Origin: an uncultured Eubacteriales bacterium
GTDB taxonomy: Bacteria > Bacillota > Clostridia > Oscillospirales > CAG-272
Assembly: GCA_900547565.1 (NCBI GenBank)
Contig: URHI01000003.1
Coordinates: forward strand, 1-50,574
Direction: 5' to 3'
Length of the DNA: 50,574 nucleotides
Part shown: positions 1 to 7,615 of the stretch, one piece after another
Numbering within the stretch: position 1 is the stretch's first letter
Layout: each line of letters starts with the position of its first letter
The notes under the pieces: model-generated
What the model was told of the DNA's origin: nothing
Database searches by the model: none
Seen by the model: the letters and a program-made list of their open reading frames with translations, nothing else
Program-made: the position numbers and the translations under genes

Positions 1-495
1 ATGGGAAATCTCGGAGCGGTACATCACGGGAATGGCCATCGAAAATACTGTCAGAAAGACGAGTGAATACCAAAGCATGAAGCGGTTTCCGGAACCGCCC
101 GAAAGTTGCACTGAACGCAGTACCATAGCAACGATCAGCATGCCGTATGAAGCAAATTGGATCGGAGCTACAGTATATTCTGTATGTACCATACCTGACA
201 CAAGCAGTACACCGGCAGTTATGGTCAACATGGAATAATCCGGCAGTACAGACGTATTCACGAGAGACTGCCAAAATCCTTTGCAGGAGAATATTAGCAT
301 GGCTATGGTGGCAATCAAAGACAAAATTGTCAGAGTGTCTACGTAACCGTCAAATCTGCTGCGATATAGATCTGCACAGGAGCCGCGACAGATGCGCACA
401 AGGCTCTGGGCACGTTCGGCAAACAAAATGATAAAATATCCGAGAAAAAACCATGAAATTATCGTATTCATCGGTTGACTCTGAGAGGCGTACAT
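1..495 (-). CDS. hypothetical integral membrane protein, C-terminal part cut off by the window edge
   Basis: Missing from the ORF track because it reaches no stop inside the window. The minus-strand frame aligned with position 1 is open for all 165 codons (no TTA/CTA/TCA in plus frame 1 across 1-495). ATG at 495-493 with GGAAAGGA about 10 nt upstream. Translation MYASQSQPMNTIISWFFLGYFIILF...LIATIAMLIF...LTITAGVLLVSG...MLIVAMVL...LVFLTVFSMAIPV has several hydrophobic helices. No family recognised. Confidence 0.5.
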   Translation of the reverse strand, partial: MYASQSQPMNTIISWFFLGYFIILFAERAQSLVRICRGSCADLYRSRFDGYVDTLTILSLIATIAMLIFSCKGFWQSLVNTSVLPDYSMLTITAGVLLVSGMVHTEYTVAPIQFASYGMLIVAMVLRSVQLSGGSGNRFMLWYSLVFLTVFSMAIPVMYRSEISH

Positions 496-756
496 ATTGG
501 TAAATTCCTTTCCGATTTGATTCGGGTTACAGATTAAGAACACTTGAAACCAAAGATTTGCGGTAACTTTTTCCTCGCCTTTCGGATAATGATAGCACAC
601 TCGCATAGCTTTGTCAATCCTATTTGAGTGATTAATATATTTTTCTTACTAAGCATTTGATATTACTTCTGCTAATACATAAAAATGCAGTTCTGCAAGC
701 TTGCGGTGGAACTTTGAAAATCTTTTAAAAATAGCCTAAACCGCAAGCCATATAAA

Positions 757-1359
757 CTAAATGACATTCTTTATCCAATTATCGACAAAGGCCAGCTGTT
801 CATCGGTATGGAACCAGTGCTCACCGTTCTCCATGACTGTGAGTTTGGCGTTGTGCCGGCGTATCCACTCATTGACCGTTTGTAATGAGGTGAGATCGTC
901 ATGACCTGCATAGAGGATCTCTGTAGGAACAGTCCATCTTACCGGGTTATCACGGACATAGCACAGGTATTTCCACGACAGTGTTTCCCCAAAGTCAGTC
1001 GGGATTTCTCCGCGCAGCTGAAGCTGCTTTTCGGATACACCTGCCCATAACATCATGTCGCAAATCAATTGCTCCATATCAAGTATAGGTGATATAAAAA
1101 GCGCCTTTTCGATTTTGCAGTTATGAAGTGAGTGCATCGTCAGATAGGCTCCTATGCTGTTGGCGATAACTGTGATACCCGAATATTTCTCATGCGCGGT
1201 GTCGTAAGCGGCCTTGATCTGATTTTTTGCGATCCACGGGAGATATCCGGCATAGTCCACCCCGATCATATCGTAACCGTCACAGATTTCCCGCCAGCGC
1301 TCAGCTTCGGCCGGATCTCCGCCCTTACCGTGAATGTATAATATTGTATTGGTTTTCAA
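757..1359 (-). CDS. alpha/beta-fold hydrolase (esterase-like), 200 aa
   Basis: Full ORF. N-terminal ILYIHGKGG oxyanion-type motif, nucleophile-elbow-like ANSIGA, C-terminal GEHWF (His). Typical small serine hydrolase layout. Confidence 0.7.
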   Translation of the reverse strand: MKTNTILYIHGKGGDPAEAERWREICDGYDMIGVDYAGYLPWIAKNQIKAAYDTAHEKYSGITVIANSIGAYLTMHSLHNCKIEKALFISPILDMEQLICDMMLWAGVSEKQLQLRGEIPTDFGETLSWKYLCYVRDNPVRWTVPTEILYAGHDDLTSLQTVNEWIRRHNAKLTVMENGEHWFHTDEQLAFVDNWIKNVI

Positions 1360-1443
1360 TTTTACCTCCCGGTTGTTTATTACGTTAATATATTAACTGA
1401 TATTATATTTCGCAAATTTTTTTTGTCAACGTTATCAAACCGA

Positions 1444-1471
1444 TTGACATACGGATTTTTCGTGCTATAAT
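1444..1471 (+). promoter_or_regulatory. sigma-A type promoter for the EamA transporter gene
   Basis: TTGACA (1444-1449), 16-nt spacer, TGcTATAAT extended -10 (TATAAT 1466-1471), about 35 nt before the ATG at 1507. Confidence 0.6.
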
Positions 1472-1506
1472 GATTTGTACATAATACTTATTTGTAGGGG
1501 CGCATC

Positions 1507-2379
1507 ATGTGGGTTTTTTTGGCTCTTGGCTCTGCATTTTTTGCGGGTGTTACATCAATTCTTGCCAAATGCGGCATAAAAAAGACCGATTCGACCGTAG
1601 CAACGGCGATTCGGACAGTCGTTGTGCTTGTAATGGCGTTTTTAATGACTTTAGTTTCCGGTTCGCTCGGCGGAATAGGCGACATAACAGCAAAAACCTG
1701 GATATTTCTGATACTGTCGGGGCTTGCTACAGGTGCCTCGTGGCTATGCTACTTCCGTGCGTTGCAGGTAGGCGATATTAATAAGGTCGTACCTATTGAC
1801 AAATCAAGCACGGTGCTGACGATCCTGCTTGCATTCATCGTGTTGGGGGAACCTATCTCATGGCTGAAGGGTATTTGTGTTGTACTTATTGCCGCAGGAA
1901 CATTTTTGATGATTGAGAAAAAGAAATCCGACGGCGACAGCAAAAAGACTAACGGAACATGGTTGATTTATGCCTGCCTTTCTGCCGTTTTCGCCGCGCT
2001 GACTTCAATTCTCGGAAAAATAGGTATTTCAGGTGTTGAGTCCAATCTCGGTACAATGATACGGACTGCAGTGGTGCTGGTCATGTCATGGTTTATGGTG
2101 GCCGTTACAAAAAAGGGCGGGGAAGTGCGTAAAATCCATCCGAAAGAGCTGGTATTCATTTGCCTTTCCGGTGCTGCGACCGGCGCTTCTTGGCTTTGCT
2201 ACTACAAGGCGCTCCGTGACGGACTTGCAAGTGTAGTTGTACCGATCGATAAGCTCAGTATTATTGTCACTATTGCGTTTTCGTACTTTGTGTTCAAGGA
2301 AAAACTATCGTTCAAAGCTGTTATTGGGCTTGTGCTCATTGTTGTCGGAACGCTTGCCATGCTTATTCCGGTAGGATGA
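1507..2379 (+). CDS. EamA/DMT-superfamily transporter, 290 aa
   Basis: Two internally repeated roughly 140-aa halves. Each ends in ...GASWLCYF(Y)(R/K)AL...VVPIDK(S/L)S..., the typical EamA duplication. About 10 predicted TM helices. Confidence 0.85.
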   Translation: MWVFLALGSAFFAGVTSILAKCGIKKTDSTVATAIRTVVVLVMAFLMTLVSGSLGGIGDITAKTWIFLILSGLATGASWLCYFRALQVGDINKVVPIDKSSTVLTILLAFIVLGEPISWLKGICVVLIAAGTFLMIEKKKSDGDSKKTNGTWLIYACLSAVFAALTSILGKIGISGVESNLGTMIRTAVVLVMSWFMVAVTKKGGEVRKIHPKELVFICLSGAATGASWLCYYKALRDGLASVVVPIDKLSIIVTIAFSYFVFKEKLSFKAVIGLVLIVVGTLAMLIPVG

Positions 2380-2394
2380 TACGGCCCATAGAAC

Positions 2395-2949
2395 CTATGT
2401 ATTACCTTGAGAGAGTTTCATATGTGTGCGTTCCCAATCATCGCGTGTCAGCCTTGTAAAGTGTTCCGTTCGGGTTTCTCCGAGGCAAGGAATGTTTTGC
2501 TCGGTGTGATGATAGTGAAAACCGCATTTTTCCTGGCAACGCTTTGATTTTTCATTTCCGTCGAAATAACCGCACCACATAGCAGTACAGCCAAGTTCTT
2601 TGAATGCATGCCTTTGAAGCTCCATTATGGCTTCGGGAATATAACCGTGTCCCCAGAAGGGTACTCCGATCCAATACCCGACTTCAAGCTCTTCACGGTT
2701 CCCTTCAAAATGTGAGAACAATCCTATACTTCCGATTGCGCGGTTATCCTGCTTCAGACATACAGCGTATGTTCCAGGGGCGGACAGCACCGTCCGTATG
2801 ATTTCTCGGCTGTTTTCAACGCTCGTATGTACAGACCAGCCTGCAATCGGTCCTACGGCAGGGTCTTTAGCATATTCATACAGGCTTTCAGCATCATCAT
2901 CTTGCCATGGGCGAAGTATCAGACGCTCGGTCTTGAATATCATTTTCAC
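2395..2949 (-). CDS. GNAT-family N-acetyltransferase (RimJ/RimL-like), 184 aa
   Basis: ERLILRPW...DAE N-terminus and ...YWIGVPFWGHGY...A motif typical of RimJ/RimL-type GNATs. GTG start at 2949 sits 9 nt after AAGAGG; alternative ATG at 2943. Confidence 0.8.
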   Translation of the reverse strand: MKMIFKTERLILRPWQDDDAESLYEYAKDPAVGPIAGWSVHTSVENSREIIRTVLSAPGTYAVCLKQDNRAIGSIGLFSHFEGNREELEVGYWIGVPFWGHGYIPEAIMELQRHAFKELGCTAMWCGYFDGNEKSKRCQEKCGFHYHHTEQNIPCLGETRTEHFTRLTRDDWERTHMKLSQGNT

Positions 2950-2990
2950 TTGTATTGACCTCTTTATTCGTTTTATCCGGACTGTCTATC

Positions 2991-3034
2991 AAAACTCAGA
3001 AGTGAGGCACAAATGTGCCTCACTTCTGAGTTTT
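2991..3034. terminator. bidirectional intrinsic terminator downstream of ssrA
   Basis: Perfect 17-bp inverted repeat ACTCAGAAGTGAGGCAC / GTGCCTCACTTCTGAGT with a 4-nt loop, flanked by AAA on the left and TTTT on the right, so there is a U-tract on either strand. Confidence 0.85.
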
Positions 3035-3121
3035 GACGGATGCGAGGGCTAAACACCGAACTTCACCGTCCTGTAACGGTTTTATCGAAACCGATAGATT
3101 TGGCTGCCCGGCCTTCCGGGC

Positions 3122-3486
3122 TGGTGGAGGCGAGGGGAGTCGAACCCCTGTCCGAAAATCCTTCAATACAGCTTTCTCCGGGTGCATTGTGTCATTTAAA
3201 TTTCCCCTCGGTCAACGCCGGCACACAGGCTTTGACTTTGGGTAGCCATTTTATGCGTGATCTGTTCAATGGCGAAAGGCAGATGCACGTTCACCGCTAC
3301 ATGACGCTCAGTCCGGAGCCGCGATACTCTCCGGAGGAACGGGCAGTCTTATAGACTGCGGCACCGCTTACGCGGCCAGTGCTACTTTTTCGTTAGCGTT
3401 TAATTTTAAGTTGGGCCGTTTCAGAGATTGCCCGGCTCTACCCGCTTACTGTATATCAAAATCCCCGTCGAAACCTTTACGCCCCC
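3122..3486 (-). ncRNA. ssrA: tmRNA (transfer-messenger RNA)
   Basis: On the minus strand the 5' end reads GGGGGCGTAAAGGTTTCGACGGGGAT and the 3' end reads ...GGGGTTCGACTCCCCTCGCCTCCACCA, the canonical tRNA-Ala-like acceptor/T-arm with CCA encoded. Internal tag frame GCT AAC GAA AAA GTA GCA CTG GCC GCG TAA (plus coordinates 3397-3368) encodes ANEKVALAA, ending in the usual ALAA degron. Confidence 0.93.
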
Positions 3487-3530
3487 ATGTGGTTTGTATT
3501 ATTTGTTCATGAAAAGAGGATAGATTCAGC

Positions 3531-4238
3531 TCATTTATTTATCGGTGCTCCGTTTAAGGTCATATTGCTGACGTCGCAGTCTTCAATCTGAACATCCTGT
3601 AAATTGCAGTTTTTTATGACCGCTCCCGAAAGATTCAGCTTTTCAAATACCGCACCGGGTAAATTCCGGTCATACAGCCGGAAGGGAGTACCGTTCTGTT
3701 CATCAAATACCGGTTTGTTTTTACCGACAAACGTTACTACACCGTCAATGTTTTTTCGTGGCTTTTTCGGAAACTCTGCTGACGCAAAGCCTATCGGAAG
3801 TATTATAACAGGCCTTTGATTTGCCGGAATGTTCAGATATTTACGGCAGTTGTCTTCGTCAAACGCGCCTACAAAGCAACCGTCAAGACCCAACTCAGCT
3901 GCCATAAGCAACATATGGTCTGCGGCGCAGGCTGTGTCCTGTATGCAGAACAGCTTATCTCCCCGCTCTCCGAAGCGTTCTGCCAGCTTTTGAGCATCAG
4001 TACATATAACGAATATAGCCCCGGCGTTTTTTATCCAGGCTCCGCCGTAAACCTCAGGAACCAACCCTTCAATTTTTACCCGGTCGCAGACGCAATAGAA
4101 ATGCCACGACTGTAGGTTGCATGCATTGGGGGCATTTACCGCTGCGTGCAGCAGTTTTTGAATTTGATCATCTGTCAGAGGTTTTCCGGTGAAGCCGCGC
4201 GTTGAACGGCGCCGGTATATTAGTTTTTCAAACTCCAT
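3531..4238 (-). CDS. nitroreductase-family protein with a C-terminal pentapeptide-repeat tail, 235 aa
   Basis: N-terminus YRRRSTRGF... and ...NLQSWHF... are typical nitroreductase FMN-site motifs. The last ~46 aa have 5-residue periodicity: NLPGA VFEKL NLSGA VIKNC NLQDV QIEDC DVSNM TLNGA. Start placed at ATG 4238 (GGGGA 6 nt upstream) rather than the track start at 4271, which would read through a GC hairpin. Confidence 0.75.
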   Translation of the reverse strand: MEFEKLIYRRRSTRGFTGKPLTDDQIQKLLHAAVNAPNACNLQSWHFYCVCDRVKIEGLVPEVYGGAWIKNAGAIFVICTDAQKLAERFGERGDKLFCIQDTACAADHMLLMAAELGLDGCFVGAFDEDNCRKYLNIPANQRPVIILPIGFASAEFPKKPRKNIDGVVTFVGKNKPVFDEQNGTPFRLYDRNLPGAVFEKLNLSGAVIKNCNLQDVQIEDCDVSNMTLNGAPINK

Positions 4239-4367
4239 ATCAATCCCCATTCTGCCGCTTTGCGGCAGCACAAATAGTAATCAGAAAAATTTGCCTCGTC
4301 AAAATTCGTGCGTGAAAAAGTACATTACACTTTTGATGAATGCAACTTTCACGCCAGATTCCTGCAC

Positions 4368-4847
4368 TCAATAATCACGGTGGCGGTCGCGCATACGACG
4401 ATCGATCTCGCGTGCCGTTTCTTTGGCCGCTTCGGCATCACGCTTGTCATACAGCTTTTTACCGCGGCACAGACCGATTTCCATTTTCACATTGGAGCCG
4501 GAGAAGTACAGCGACAGTGGAACCAGTGTGTATCCTTTCTGCTCGACAAGCCCCGAGAGCTTTAGAATTTCTTTTTTGTGCATCAGCAATTTTTTCTCAC
4601 GCAAAGGCTCACGATTGAATATATTGCCTTTTTCATACGGGCTGATGTGCACACCGATAGCCCAAAGCTCGCCTTTTTTAATCGAGCAATACGAGTCCTT
4701 GAGATTTACTCCGCCGGCCCGTATACTTTTTACCTCGGTGCCGAACAGTGCGATTCCGGCTTCATATTTTTCGTCGACAAAGTAGTCATGCCATGCTTTT
4801 TTGTTTTGCGCGATGATTTTACCGCTACTTTTTTTCTTTTCGGACAT
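4368..4847 (-). CDS. smpB: SsrA-binding protein SmpB
   Basis: 159 aa. ...IAQNKKAWHDYF..EKYEAGIAL.GTEVKSIR.G..NL.DSY... and a basic C-terminal tail, the canonical SmpB pattern. Confidence 0.95.
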   Translation of the reverse strand: MSEKKKSSGKIIAQNKKAWHDYFVDEKYEAGIALFGTEVKSIRAGGVNLKDSYCSIKKGELWAIGVHISPYEKGNIFNREPLREKKLLMHKKEILKLSGLVEQKGYTLVPLSLYFSGSNVKMEIGLCRGKKLYDKRDAEAAKETAREIDRRMRDRHRDY

Positions 4848-4954
4848 GCCGGAACCTCCTTTCTTAAGGACAGTTTATTATACACCATATTGCCCGCAAA
4901 ATCAAGAGTTTTTTTTCGACATAATCCCCGGCTTGTCCATATTAAACCAATGGT

Positions 4955-6127
4955 TTACTTTTGGCTTTTTGTGTTGTGAACCAACAGCCGGGCAACAGGT
5001 GTACGATGTACCTTCATTGCTCCTTTAGGGCAGAACTCCTGACAGCAAAAACAACGTATGCATGTATTTCTGTCGACGACAGCGTATCCGTCGCTGATCG
5101 TAATGGCATGTGCCGGGCATATGTTTGCACACACGCCGCAGCCGACACATTCACGGCGTACAGCCTTGGGGCGTGCACGTAACAGCCCGCCTATTGCCGA
5201 GCCTACCAGCGCTCCGGCACGACCTCCCAAAAAGCTTTTGAACTCAAGGCTCGAATGTGACAGTACTTTTTTGTAATCGGGTACACGTATTGCGTCTATG
5301 TTACCAACTATCTCTACTCCGTCTGCATCAGCCGGTGCAAGGCCGCGAAGGTATGCCGACTCAAGCGTAGGGATATTTTGCCGCGTAAGACCAACAATTT
5401 CCGCGGCAACAATATCAAGGCAATACGGAGAAGCCGATGCCAGCAGTGCACCTATTTGCCGAGGCTCACCGGCGGTCGGTCCGTTGCCTTCCATGCCTAC
5501 GACAGCGTCACAAATGCACAGCACTGTTTTAGGGAGAAAATATTCATTCAGGTCAATAATCATGTCGGCAAATACTGCGTGGTCGGGATAGCGGTAGTGA
5601 TATTCCGGTTTCATTGTTCCGGGTATCACGCCGAACATGTTTTTTACGGCGCATGACAGCCCCATCATGCCGTGAGACTTGAGCTTTGAAAAATTAATAA
5701 TGACATCTGCATTATCGAGATATGAAGTATATGTAAAGCTGTGTGCGGCGCGGGCATCCGGAAATATGACGTCACGCTGTGAAAAATCCCGGTTAAGGCT
5801 GCCGCCGCATTCCTCAATCTCGTTCATGCCGGTGGCATTGTATACCCGCCCGACAAATGCCGCATTGTACAGCCCACCCGGGCTGTCTCCGACGACCACC
5901 TGTGCTCCTCGGCCGACAAGCCGGCGTGTGAGCTCACACAGCAATGCCGGGTGAGTGGTAGCGGCCTTGTCCGGGCTCATAAAAGTTACGAGATTGGCCT
6001 TTATGGATATTTTCATGCCGGGTGTTACAAAGTCAAGTCCACCGAGCGGTTCAAGAAGGTTGTCGAGTGCCCGACTGATCTCATCATGACTGTAGTCGCG
6101 GCAGGGAACTAAGGATACTATGCTCAT
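4955..6127 (-). CDS. DUF362-domain protein with a C-terminal 2x[4Fe-4S] ferredoxin domain
   Basis: 390 aa from ATG 6127 (AGGGGGG SD upstream). The C-terminus carries CVGCGVCANICP and CIRCFCCQEFCP (two CxxCxxCxxxCP motifs). The body resembles the uncharacterised DUF362 family, recognised by eye only. Confidence 0.7.
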   Translation of the reverse strand: MSIVSLVPCRDYSHDEISRALDNLLEPLGGLDFVTPGMKISIKANLVTFMSPDKAATTHPALLCELTRRLVGRGAQVVVGDSPGGLYNAAFVGRVYNATGMNEIEECGGSLNRDFSQRDVIFPDARAAHSFTYTSYLDNADVIINFSKLKSHGMMGLSCAVKNMFGVIPGTMKPEYHYRYPDHAVFADMIIDLNEYFLPKTVLCICDAVVGMEGNGPTAGEPRQIGALLASASPYCLDIVAAEIVGLTRQNIPTLESAYLRGLAPADADGVEIVGNIDAIRVPDYKKVLSHSSLEFKSFLGGRAGALVGSAIGGLLRARPKAVRRECVGCGVCANICPAHAITISDGYAVVDRNTCIRCFCCQEFCPKGAMKVHRTPVARLLVHNTKSQK

Positions 6128-6210
6128 GGGGCCCCCCTGATCTGTGATTTCAAACATACATATTATAACATATATCCGCCCTGTTTGCATGTTTTTTATA
6201 CATTTTTTGA

Positions 6211-6247
6211 AAACAAAAATGCACCCCGTCGAAGAGGTGCATATTTT
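6211..6247 (-). terminator. intrinsic terminator after spo0A
   Basis: On the minus strand: ATGCACC-loop(10 nt)-GGTGCAT followed by TTTTTGTTTT, immediately after the spo0A stop codon at 6262. Confidence 0.7.
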
Positions 6248-6261
6248 GCTGTATGGTGATA

Positions 6262-7041
6262 TCAGTACAGTTTGTATTTAAGCCGCAGATTATCGGCGAT
6301 CATGGCGATAAACTCACTGTTGGTAGGCTTGCCGCGACTGTTCTGTATAGTATAACCGAAATATGAGTTCAGCGTGTCGACGTCGCCTCTGTCCCACGCC
6401 ACTTCGATTGCGTGGCGTATGGCACGCTCGACGCGCGAGGTCGTGGTAGAATACTTCTTTGCTACGGAAGGATAAAGCACTTTGGTTACCGAGTTAATTA
6501 TGTCGCTGTCCTTGATTGTCAGCAGTATGGCGGTACGAAGATACTGATAGCCCTTTATGTGTGCCGGAACGCCTATCTGATGTATGATTTTTGTGACCTG
6601 AGCCTCAATATCGACCGAACGGTCATCGCCGACCGAGCCGGGGAGCCGGTTTTGGCCGCGTTCCTGACATATATTCTGAATGTGATCGCACAGATTGCCG
6701 ATATCGTAAGGCTTGAGCAGACATCGCTGTGCGCCGGCGTTGGTAGCTTCGATGAACAGTCCCTGATTTGATACCATTGATACCACTATAAATGCCGGCG
6801 GCTTGTCCGGGGAATAATCAATATTATGACTGTTGCGAATGACGCCGATACCGTCCATTTTTGACAGCCAGATGTCGATCAGCGCCACGTCGGGGTGAAA
6901 TCTTGCCAGCTTGTTCAGCGCGTCCTCTCCGTTTACGGCTTCCTCAATGTATCGGTATCCGGCTCGCATGAGTCCGTCGCGCAGAGCAGTGCGTTGATTA
7001 TGATTTTCGTCCGCGATGAGTAATTTTGTGTTGTATTCCAT
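6262..7041 (-). CDS. spo0A: sporulation master regulator Spo0A
   Basis: Receiver domain (LLIADEN..., phospho-Asp context [11 protein letters not shown] Lys) plus the diagnostic Spo0A C-terminal domain [17 protein letters not shown]...[15 protein letters not shown]...[17 protein letters not shown]. Start at ATG 7041 with GGAGGA 8 nt upstream; the 42-codon upstream extension in the track is AT-rich promoter DNA. Confidence 0.95.
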   Translation of the reverse strand: MEYNTKLLIADENHNQRTALRDGLMRAGYRYIEEAVNGEDALNKLARFHPDVALIDIWLSKMDGIGVIRNSHNIDYSPDKPPAFIVVSMVSNQGLFIEATNAGAQRCLLKPYDIGNLCDHIQNICQERGQNRLPGSVGDDRSVDIEAQVTKIIHQIGVPAHIKGYQYLRTAILLTIKDSDIINSVTKVLYPSVAKKYSTTTSRVERAIRHAIEVAWDRGDVDTLNSYFGYTIQNSRGKPTNSEFIAMIADNLRLKYKLY

Positions 7042-7078
7042 TGAATTTATCCTCCATGTGATTATTTTTGACAACATT

Positions 7079-7107
7079 ATAATACCATAAAATGGAAAAT
7101 AAATCAA
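7079..7107 (-). promoter_or_regulatory. putative sigma-A promoter of spo0A
   Basis: Minus strand: TTGATT (7107-7102), 17-nt spacer, TGgTATTAT (-10 at 7084-7079). Confidence 0.45.
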
Positions 7108-7127
7108 TATATATTTGGAAATAAATG

Positions 7128-7176
7128 TAAACAAAAATACGGCGTCAAAATTGTAAATATTTGACAAACGCCGTAT
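7128..7176 (-). terminator. putative terminator after the 7199-7615 gene
   Basis: Minus strand: ATACGGCGT ... ACGCCGTAT, a 9-bp stem with a large 22-nt loop, followed by TTTTTGTTT. Confidence 0.5.
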
Positions 7177-7198
7177 GTTTTTTGATTTGCAGAGCTTT

Positions 7199-7615
7199 TC
7201 AAGCCCGGTTTTTGTGATGTTGGCAGGGATTTGTGAAGAAATCAGTCAGATCGACAACGTATTTGCCGTCGGAAGTTTTGGTAAATCCTATAGCACGGAT
7301 AAGTGATTCGTCGCTGATATTGCCGTCATAGGTAGCGCAATGTACTCCGCACAGATCGATAAAGTTTAGTGCCGCGCGTCCGAGAAGAAAAGCCGTTTCA
7401 AATTCATTACGGCCGGGAACCTGTGCAATGTCGATCAAGCTGCCGCCTTTGTCACTTATTGTAAATTGGCATATACCGACTGATTCGCCGTCTACTGAAG
7501 CACCGTATGCCATAAGCTCCGGATCATATGTTATATTGCAGCGTGCACAGAGTGCCTCTTGTTCGGTCTTGGATTGTATGGGGAGAATCTCGAGCATTTT
7601 ATTTATCCTTTCCAT
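7199..7615 (-). CDS. hypothetical protein, 138 aa (possibly a small GNAT-like fold)
   Basis: Clean ORF. Its start overlaps the stop of the upstream pseudouridine synthase gene by 17 nt, suggesting an operon. No firm motif recognised. Confidence 0.6.
   Translation of the reverse strand: MERINKMLEILPIQSKTEQEALCARCNITYDPELMAYGASVDGESVGICQFTISDKGGSLIDIAQVPGRNEFETAFLLGRAALNFIDLCGVHCATYDGNISDESLIRAIGFTKTSDGKYVVDLTDFFTNPCQHHKNRA

Noticed and set aside
32-431. Plus-strand ORFs 32-238 and 147-431 at the left edge
   Set aside because: The minus strand is open across the whole 1-495 interval, with an SD-preceded ATG and a membrane-protein-like translation. The plus-strand ORFs are short, overlap each other and lack SD sites.
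1-3121. Possible genomic island integrated at the ssrA 3' end (hydrolase, EamA, GNAT)
   Set aside because: tmRNA genes are known integration hot-spots. However, I see no integrase or recombinase, no direct repeat of the tmRNA 3' end (TGGTGGAGGCGAGGGG...) in 1-3000, and no mobility genes. The genes are ordinary small-molecule housekeeping types.
3033-3354. Plus-strand ORFs 3033-3245 and 3040-3354
   Set aside because: They lie across the terminator hairpin and the tmRNA gene. The tmRNA identification (canonical 5' and 3' ends plus a tag frame) explains this DNA.
6262-7167. Long N-terminal extensions in the track for spo0A (to 7167), infC (from 16378), rpmI (from 17195), dprA (from 18805), ftsY (from 30523), the lipoprotein (from 32381), rsmE (from 39071) and DUF362 (to 6190)
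   Set aside because: In each case a downstream start codon is preceded by a good SD and coincides with the conserved protein N-terminus. The extensions run through promoters, leaders or the preceding gene.
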